From Telmatocola sphagniphila (GTDB taxonomy: Bacteria > Planctomycetota > Planctomycetia > Gemmatales > Gemmataceae): DNA of 32,000 nt. The notes under the pieces were generated by a model. The model saw only the letters and a program-made list of their open reading frames with translations, did not search any database and had not been told where the DNA came from. Position 1 is the first letter of the stretch; each line of letters opens with the position of its first letter. A program made the translations under genes and the position numbers. The stretch lies in contig NZ_CP074694.1 in NCBI RefSeq assembly GCF_018398935.1, positions 2,880,001 to 2,912,000 on the forward strand, given 5' to 3'. This document shows, piece after piece, positions 7,610-14,031 of the stretch.

Positions 7610-9361
7610 ATGGCGAAAAAGAAGTCTGAAGCTGCACTTGAGAAGACGCCGCCCGCTGCGGAGGCTACCCCCAACTACACAGTGGTTGCCCGGCGGTATC
7701 GCCCCAAACAATTCAGCTCCCTCATCGGCCAGGAATCGGTGGGCCAGGCGCTGGCCAATGCGATCAAGACCAATCGGGTCGCGCACGCTTATCTGTTTAC
7801 GGGAGCACGCGGCGTCGGCAAAACTTCCGCGGCCCGCATCCTGGCCAAGTGCCTCAACTGTGAAAAAGGCCCTACTCCTACCCCCTGCGATGAATGCGAT
7901 ATCTGTCGGTCCATCAGTTCCGGGGAAGATATCGACGTGCTGGAAATCGACGGGGCCAGTAATCGCGGCATCGATGAAATCCGAGCGATTCGGCAGAATG
8001 TGCAGACCCGCCCCAGCCGAGGCCGCTTCAAAATCTACATCATCGATGAAATCCACATGCTTTCCGTACAGGCCTTCAATGCGCTATTGAAGACACTGGA
8101 AGAACCGCCGGCTCATGTGAAATTCATCTTCGCGACCACCGAAGTTCAAAAGATCCCGATTACCATTCTGTCTCGCTGCCAGCGCTTCGATTTCGGCATT
8201 ATCACCACGGCCAAAATCGCCGCCTGCCTCACCGAAGTCGTGAAGGCGGAGGGAATGCAGGCCGAACCGGAAGCGATCCAGTTCATCGCCCGTCGGGCCG
8301 CGGGTTCGATGCGCGATGCCCAGTCGCTACTCGATCAACTCCTCTCGTACGCCCAGAGCAAGACCCTCACCGCACAACAAGTCTACGATCTCTTGGGTAC
8401 GGCAGGCGAAGAGCGAATTTTGCCGCTGGTGGAAGCGATTTTCAGCAAAGACCCGACTGCGGCCTTGAAAACGCTCTCGACATTCACCGAAGAGGGGACG
8501 CTTCTAACGGAACTTCTCGATCAGCTCATCGAATTCTGGCGGCAGATGATGATCGTCAACTGCGGCGGATTGGAAGCGGTGGGGGATTTTCTGCCGGATC
8601 GCACACGCGAGATGCTTTCCCGACATGCCAAAGCATCGCCCATCGATGCGATATTAGCCGGTTTGGACGTCCTGACTTCCGCCAAGGCCAAGCTTCGAAA
8701 CACCAACTATCCCCAGTTGACTCTGGAGATGGCTCTGGTTCGCCTCTGCCGACTCGAGGAACTAATTTCGGTGGGACAGCTGACGCAGATGCTGCAATCC
8801 GGGGAAGTTGCCCCGCGCCCCGCGACTGCCCCTTCCACTCCTGCTCTCCCCGCCGATAAAAAAAAAACTCTGAGTGAGAGTGTCTCTTTTCAGCTCGGCG
8901 AGCCAAGCAAGAATGGTTCGGGGGGACTGAGTGTGGAGCAAGCCTGGAATCTCCTGCTCAACAATTTACCGATGCTGATGGCCAATATGAACAAGGCCCA
9001 GCGGAAAATCTCTCCCGCCGCGCATCGCATCGATCTCATCTTTCCGCTCACGTCTCTCTCGAATTACGATTACTGTAACTCTCCGAACTCGTTGGAACGA
9101 GTCGAGAGAGAACTCCAAACCCATACGGGCGAGAAATGGTCGATTCGCGTCGAATTAGAAGCCGGGGCGCGAGTTGAGATGCCGACCGGCAACGGACCGG
9201 GGGGCACGCCGTCCCGTCAGGCTCGCGAGGAACGTTTAAAAACCATTCCCCTCACCAATAGAATAATAGAAAAGCTGAATGCGCGGGTGCTACAGATGGA
9301 TCAAGGCTTTGGCGAAGAATTGACGCCAGCTCCTCCCGAGGTACCCGTCGAGGAGATTTAA
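7610..9361 (+). CDS. dnaX: DNA polymerase III subunit tau/gamma.
   Basis: The N-terminus reads YRPKQFSSLIGQESVGQALANAIKTNRVAHAYLFTGARGVGKTSAARILAK. The Cys4 zinc module is CLNCEKGPTPTPCDECDIC. Walker B is IYIIDEIHML, followed by SRC (TILSRCQRF). The conserved dnaX-ybaB-recR gene order follows. Confidence 0.93.
   Translation: MAKKKSEAALEKTPPAAEATPNYTVVARRYRPKQFSSLIGQESVGQALANAIKTNRVAHAYLFTGARGVGKTSAARILAKCLNCEKGPTPTPCDECDICRSISSGEDIDVLEIDGASNRGIDEIRAIRQNVQTRPSRGRFKIYIIDEIHMLSVQAFNALLKTLEEPPAHVKFIFATTEVQKIPITILSRCQRFDFGIITTAKIAACLTEVVKAEGMQAEPEAIQFIARRAAGSMRDAQSLLDQLLSYAQSKTLTAQQVYDLLGTAGEERILPLVEAIFSKDPTAALKTLSTFTEEGTLLTELLDQLIEFWRQMMIVNCGGLEAVGDFLPDRTREMLSRHAKASPIDAILAGLDVLTSAKAKLRNTNYPQLTLEMALVRLCRLEELISVGQLTQMLQSGEVAPRPATAPSTPALPADKKKTLSESVSFQLGEPSKNGSGGLSVEQAWNLLLNNLPMLMANMNKAQRKISPAAHRIDLIFPLTSLSNYDYCNSPNSLERVERELQTHTGEKWSIRVELEAGARVEMPTGNGPGGTPSRQAREERLKTIPLTNRIIEKLNARVLQMDQGFGEELTPAPPEVPVEEI
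8858..8877 (+). promoter_or_regulatory. Candidate recoding site in dnaX (transcriptional slippage or ribosomal frameshift): an A10 run followed by off-frame stops.
   Basis: GAT AAA AAA AAA ACT CTG AGT GAG is in frame (codons 416-423). The -1 frame gives AAC TCT GAG TGA (stop 8875-8877). The +1/-2 frame gives CTC TGA (stop 8871-8873). Confidence 0.45.
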
Positions 9362-9363
9362 CC

Positions 9364-9705
9364 ATGTTCGGACAACTCGGCCAGATGGCTGGCATGATGA
9401 AAAATCTTCCCAAGCTGCAAAAGCAGATGGAAGAATATCAGCAGCGAATCAACAGCCTGACCGCCGAAGGCAATGCCGGCGCGGGAATGGTGACCGTCAA
9501 AGTGAACGGCAAGATGGAAGTCCTCAGCTGCCGGATCACCGACGAAGCCCTGAAGCTGAACGACCGCGAAATGCTGGAAGACCTGATCGTGGCGGCCACG
9601 AACCAGGCGATGAGCAAGGTGCGTCAAGTCCTGGCCGAGGAGATGTCCAAGATGACATCCGGTCTGGGCCTGCCGCCGGGCATGAATATTCCCGGCTTGA
9701 GTTAG
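9364..9705 (+). CDS. ybaB: YbaB/EbfC family nucleoid-associated DNA-binding protein.
   Basis: The sequence MFGQLGQMAGMMKNLPKLQKQMEEYQQRI...GAGMVTVKVNGKMEVLSCRITDEAL...DREMLEDLIVAATNQA is the canonical YbaB pattern. The gene sits between dnaX and recR. Confidence 0.9.
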   Translation: MFGQLGQMAGMMKNLPKLQKQMEEYQQRINSLTAEGNAGAGMVTVKVNGKMEVLSCRITDEALKLNDREMLEDLIVAATNQAMSKVRQVLAEEMSKMTSGLGLPPGMNIPGLS

Positions 9706-9736
9706 CATACCTGTAAAACGGAATTGAAAGTGATCC

Positions 9737-10345
9737 ATGTCATTGCGTGAAGTTCCCAGCGGGGCGATCGGCTTACTGATTCAGGAGCTCAGCCGTTTAC
9801 CGGGAATCGGGCCGAAATCGGCCGAGCGAATCGCCCATCATCTATTGAATGGAGATCGCAATCAGGCTCTAGCCCTCGCTGGAGCCCTGCGCTCGGCTGT
9901 GGAGACCGTGCGGGCCTGTTCGATCTGCCACAATTGGACTGAGGACGAAGTCTGTTCGATCTGCCGGGATTCTCGCCGGGACGCGAGTCTGCTCTGCGTC
10001 GTGGAAACCCCGAAAGATCTGGCGAGCTTCGAAAGAGCCGCCACATTCCGAGGTCGATACCATGTCCTGGGCGGCAAGCTGGCTCCGCTCGATGATGTGG
10101 GACCCGACGAACTGGAAATCAATTCTCTGATCAATCGGGTGCGTGGAGGCGGCGTTCGCGAGTTGATTCTGGCGACCAGTCCCACCTTGGAAGGGGACGG
10201 TACTGCCCTTTTTATCGCCAACATGCTTGCGATGACTGAGGTGCGAATTACACGACTGGCTCGCGGCATCCCCTCCGGCTCTTCTCTCGACTACGTCAAT
10301 TCGCAGATGCTGACCGACGCTCTCGAAGGTCGCCGAAGCATTTAA
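9737..10345 (+). CDS. recR: Recombination protein RecR.
   Basis: The helix-hairpin-helix reads LSRLPGIGPKSAERIAHHLL. The C4 zinc finger is CSICHNWTEDEVCSIC. The Toprim segment (LCVVETPKDLASFE...ELILATSPTLEGDGTA) is followed by the C-terminal RLARGIPSGSSLDY. Confidence 0.93.
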   Translation: MSLREVPSGAIGLLIQELSRLPGIGPKSAERIAHHLLNGDRNQALALAGALRSAVETVRACSICHNWTEDEVCSICRDSRRDASLLCVVETPKDLASFERAATFRGRYHVLGGKLAPLDDVGPDELEINSLINRVRGGGVRELILATSPTLEGDGTALFIANMLAMTEVRITRLARGIPSGSSLDYVNSQMLTDALEGRRSI

Positions 10346-10489
10346 TCCTTCATGTTGAGAAATGCGACTCCCCTCATTGCCCGCGGTGAATTCGGATTAA
10401 TCGTTTCCGGGCGAAGAGTGATCTATACTAGTTTCGCCACCGCGTTACGGCCCCGCTACGGGTTGCCCAATCTGGCTGCGAGGACTGAT

Positions 10490-10538
10490 GGAACTTCTAC
10501 ATTCTTCCTGGTAGGAGTTTCAGAGAAGTTCCTTTTTT
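10490..10538 (+). terminator. Intrinsic terminator-like hairpin plus a T6 run, 145 nt downstream of recR.
   Basis: GGAACTTCT (10490-10498) pairs perfectly with AGAAGTTCC (10524-10532). The 25-nt loop contains an inner 5-bp stem (TTCCT / AGGAG, with one G-U pair). TTTTTT follows directly at 10533-10538. Confidence 0.55.
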
Positions 10539-10740
10539 AATAATTTGGTAGTCGAAACCGTGAAAATATATTTTTTTTCAGGCAAGGACCGCCCGTAATC
10601 CCGGTATAATAGGCAAATAGTAACTCGTGCGCTTTTCCCGGCGAAACTGATAGTTTTTGTAATCCGGTCGATTCAAAAAGTCGCCTCTAGCTCGTATTAG
10701 CTTATAAAAAATCCTTTTCAAAGTCGCACAAACTTCAATT

Positions 10741-10756
10741 TGGCATAAATTTTGCT
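10741..10756 (+). promoter_or_regulatory. Sigma54-type -24/-12 promoter element upstream of rpoN.
   Basis: TGGCAT-AAATT-TTGCT compared with the consensus TGGCAC-N5-TTGCW. GG and GC have the exact spacing, and there is one mismatch in the core. The element lies 84 nt upstream of the first rpoN ATG. Confidence 0.45.
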
Positions 10757-10784
10757 TGCAAAGTCTGAAGCCTTCAGTTATACT
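10756..10784 (+). promoter_or_regulatory. Sigma70-like promoter (TTGCAA-N17-TATACT) overlapping the -12 element above.
   Basis: The -35-like TTGCAA is at 10756-10761 and the -10-like TATACT is at 10779-10784, with a 17-nt spacer. Promoter consensus in this lineage is poorly known, so confidence is low. Confidence 0.3.
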
Positions 10785-10839
10785 CACTCGGGATGACGCA
10801 TAACGGGGAAGCCGTACCTTTTGGGAGAATGGCACCGCA

Positions 10840-12315
10840 ATGATGAGAATGGATTTAAATTTAGGGCAAAAGCAACATCAGGTTCTCAAGCTTTCGCCAC
10901 GCATGATCCATTCCATGGAAGTGCTTCAACTTCCAGTTGCAGCACTGATGGAACGCGTGGATAAAGAACTCCAGGAGAATCCGTTTCTGGAAGCCCGCGA
11001 GCATTTGGGACATGAAAAAACCCCGGTCACCGACGGCCAGGTCGAAAAATTTAATCCGGATGCCCCGCTCGCTCACGATGCGGATAATCAGCTCGATTTC
11101 AATCGACTCGAATCTCTCGACCGCCAGTTGGGGGGACTCCTCGATGAGGAGAATCGCCCTTCCCGGGCCGCCCGCCAGGAAATGAGCGACAAGAAACTGG
11201 AGGCAATGAACAACATGCCCGACCGGCCCCCCTCGTTGCAGGATCATCTGACCGAACAACTCGGTTTTCTAAACCTCTCGGCGGACGCTCGAGACCGGGT
11301 CGAATATTTGATTTACAACCTGGACAAAGACGGTCGCCTCGCTGCCAATCTGGAGGAACTCGCCTTCTCATTTGGGAAAGAGACTCAGCCCGATCAGTGG
11401 GAAGAAGCGCTGGAAGTTCTTCAGACCCTCGAACCGGCCGGAGTCGGCGCCCGCGATCTGAAAGAGTGCCTTTTTCTCCAGATCGATGAAAATACCCCGC
11501 ACGGCGATATTCTGCGCGTCCTGATTCGCAGTCACCTGGAAGATATTCAGCACAATCGCTACCCGATCATCCAGAAGCAGACCGGCTACGACATCGACAC
11601 CATTCAGGAAGCCGTGAAAGTTCTGAAAACGTTGAATCCTCGCCCCGCGGCGGAGTTTGAGGTCTCTTCGAATCACTTCGTGTCGCCCGACATTCTGGTC
11701 ACACGGGATGAAGACGGCGATTACGAAATCAAGCTGACCGACGACCGCATTCCGAAGATCTACATCAATCGGAAGTACATGGAGATGTACAAAAACGGCA
11801 CCGGCACGGAAAAAGAAAAGGAATACATGCGGAAAAATCTGCAATCCGCTTCCTTGCTACTGAGCTCCATCGAACAGCGACGTACGACCCTGGAAAAAGT
11901 GGCCCGGGCGATCATCAACCACCAGAAAGCTTTCCTCGATAAAGGTTCGGAATATATCGAGCCTTTGAAAATGCAGCAGATTGCCGACCAGGTGAAGGTA
12001 CACGTTACTACCATTAGCCGTGCGGTTGACGATAAGTGGATCCAGACACCTCGAGGCGTCTTCCCGCTCAAACGTTTTTTTGGCGGCGGCACGAAAAACG
12101 AGATTACCGGCGAAGAAGTGGCCTACGAAAAAATCAAGCAGGAACTTGAGGCCATTATCGATAGCGAAGACAAGAGCAAACCCTATTCCGACGAAGATAT
12201 CGTGGAAACGATGAACTCGCGCGGCTACCCGGTCGCCCGCCGTACCGTTACTAAATATCGGAAGCAACTGAACATTCCCTCGTCGCGCGAACGTAAAGAG
12301 TGGAAGAATAAATAG
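10840..12315 (+). CDS. rpoN: RNA polymerase sigma-54 factor.
   Basis: Region I reads LNLGQKQHQVLKLSPRMIHSMEVLQLPVAAL. An acidic region II follows, then the core-binding region. The C-terminal HTH (QQIADQVKVHVTTISRAV) is followed by the RpoN box ARRTVTKYRKQLNIPSSRER. Three ATGs (10840, 10843, 10849) make the exact start uncertain. Confidence 0.93.
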   Translation: MMRMDLNLGQKQHQVLKLSPRMIHSMEVLQLPVAALMERVDKELQENPFLEAREHLGHEKTPVTDGQVEKFNPDAPLAHDADNQLDFNRLESLDRQLGGLLDEENRPSRAARQEMSDKKLEAMNNMPDRPPSLQDHLTEQLGFLNLSADARDRVEYLIYNLDKDGRLAANLEELAFSFGKETQPDQWEEALEVLQTLEPAGVGARDLKECLFLQIDENTPHGDILRVLIRSHLEDIQHNRYPIIQKQTGYDIDTIQEAVKVLKTLNPRPAAEFEVSSNHFVSPDILVTRDEDGDYEIKLTDDRIPKIYINRKYMEMYKNGTGTEKEKEYMRKNLQSASLLLSSIEQRRTTLEKVARAIINHQKAFLDKGSEYIEPLKMQQIADQVKVHVTTISRAVDDKWIQTPRGVFPLKRFFGGGTKNEITGEEVAYEKIKQELEAIIDSEDKSKPYSDEDIVETMNSRGYPVARRTVTKYRKQLNIPSSRERKEWKNK

Positions 12316-12336
12316 CCGCCCTAAAGGTTCTCTCGA

Positions 12337-13887
12337 ATGACCGACCTCGGCGAACAGGAAAATGTAATTCGTCTGGGCGGGGGCAATTCCGCAATCGCCC
12401 GTCAACACGAAAAAAACCGGTTGACTGCCCGCGAACGGGTCGGTCATCTGATCGATCCCGGCACTCATTTCCTGGAACTAGGTCTGTGGGCCGGCTGGGG
12501 AATGTACTCCGAATGGGGCGGTTGCCCTTCCGGGGGCGTAGTCACAGGTATCGGATCGATTCAAAACCGCCCCGTACTCATCATCGCCAACGACGCTACG
12601 GTCAAAGCCGGAGCGTTTTTTCCCATCACGGCCAAGAAAGTACTTCGAGCCCAGAGGATCGCCCGCGACAATCGACTTCCCCTGGCGTATCTGGTCGATT
12701 CCGCTGGAGTTTTTCTACCGCTCCAGGATGAAGTATTTCCCGATGAGGACGATTTCGGTCGCATCTTCCGGAACAATGCCGTTCTCTCCGCGGAGGGTAT
12801 CCCTCAATATGCCGCCATCATGGGCAACTGCGTGGCCGGCGGCGGCTACCTGCCTGTCTTGTGCGATCAACTTCTGATGACCGAGGGTAGCGGCCTCTAC
12901 CTCGCGGGCCCCGCACTGGTCAAAGCGGCTATTGGCCAGACCGTCGATCACGAACAACTCGGCGGTGCGGCCATGCACGCCTCCATCAGCGGTACCATCG
13001 ATTATCGTGAACCCAACGACGAAGCCTGCCTGCAACGACTTCGAAAATTGATCGAGCACCTGCCTGCCGATTCGCGTCAACTCGCTTCGCAAGATGCGGC
13101 CGACGATGGCTTTGAGAAATTTACGGGGAACGAGGAATACGATATTCGCGATTTCCTGAGCTTATTGCTCGATACCGATTCCTTCGACGAATACAAATCC
13201 GAATATGGCCAGTCGATCGTGTGCGGCTACGGCAAACTCGGTGGGAAGTCGGTCGGAATCGTAGCCAATCAACGAAAGCGCATCAAACCCGCGACAGGAG
13301 CTTTGCAATTCGGCGGCGTCATCTACGTAGATAGTTCCGAGAAGGCCGCGCGGTTCATTATGGACTGCAATCAAACTCGGACACCCATTCTGTTCCTCCA
13401 GAACGTCAACGGATTCATGGTGGGTAAGGATTCCGAACAGGCGGGCATCATCCGCGCTGGGGCCAAACTGGTGAATGTGATCTCCAACAGTATCGTCCCG
13501 AAGATCACCTTGATCACCGGAGGCTCTTTTGGGGCTGGGAATTATGCTCTTTGTGGGAAAGCGTTCGATCCCCGCTTCATTTTCGCCTGGCCTCAGGCCC
13601 GCTATGCCGTCATGGGCGGCGATCAGGCTTCGGCGACTTTGTTGGATATCACGATTGCTGCCTTGAAACGGGGCGGACATACTCCCGATGTCGAAGAACT
13701 CACTGCTTTGAAGAATAAGGTGAAAGCCTCTTACGAGGAGAAAACCGATATCCGCTATGCCGCGGCCCGACTCTGGGTCGATCGCATCACTTTCCCCAAA
13801 GATACCCGGAAAGATCTCATCTCCGCACTGAACCTCGCGAATCTCCCGGTTACCGGCAGTTTCAAAACTGGCGTACTGCAGGTTTGA
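12337..13887 (+). CDS. Acyl-CoA carboxylase carboxyltransferase (beta) subunit, resembling methylcrotonyl-/propionyl-CoA carboxylase beta.
   Basis: The protein is collinear by eye with the carboxyl transferase family: LTARERVGHLIDPG, VVTGIGSIQNRPVLIIANDATVKAGAFFPITAKKVLRAQRIARDNRLPLAYLVDSAGVFLP, GNCVAGGGYLP, LAGPALVKAA, EQLGGA. A second half-domain reads GIVANQ...DSSEKAARFI..C...PILFLQNVNGFMVG. Substrate specificity cannot be read from the sequence. Confidence 0.85.
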   Translation: MTDLGEQENVIRLGGGNSAIARQHEKNRLTARERVGHLIDPGTHFLELGLWAGWGMYSEWGGCPSGGVVTGIGSIQNRPVLIIANDATVKAGAFFPITAKKVLRAQRIARDNRLPLAYLVDSAGVFLPLQDEVFPDEDDFGRIFRNNAVLSAEGIPQYAAIMGNCVAGGGYLPVLCDQLLMTEGSGLYLAGPALVKAAIGQTVDHEQLGGAAMHASISGTIDYREPNDEACLQRLRKLIEHLPADSRQLASQDAADDGFEKFTGNEEYDIRDFLSLLLDTDSFDEYKSEYGQSIVCGYGKLGGKSVGIVANQRKRIKPATGALQFGGVIYVDSSEKAARFIMDCNQTRTPILFLQNVNGFMVGKDSEQAGIIRAGAKLVNVISNSIVPKITLITGGSFGAGNYALCGKAFDPRFIFAWPQARYAVMGGDQASATLLDITIAALKRGGHTPDVEELTALKNKVKASYEEKTDIRYAAARLWVDRITFPKDTRKDLISALNLANLPVTGSFKTGVLQV

Positions 13888-14031
13888 CGTCCCGGTTTCG
13901 GACAAGCAGAAATTGCGTTTCCAAATAAAATTCCAAATTTCTCTCAAGTTCGTCGAACTGCTATAGCGGCCGATTTTGCTTCCGAGTATTACCCCGATTT
14001 GAAAAGAATTTTCTCTCGGGGATGGTCGAGT

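Noticed and set aside
10352-10540. A 62-codon ORF after recR, considered as a real small protein.
   Set aside because: It has no SD. Its 3' end coincides with the terminator stem-loop, and its composition is unremarkable. I kept it only as a possible RNA feature in the findings.
10578-10835. An 85-aa, very basic ORF on the - strand, upstream of rpoN.
   Set aside because: It lies in the AT-rich promoter region and overlaps the candidate rpoN promoters. Lys/Arg-rich translations are typical of AT-rich non-coding DNA.
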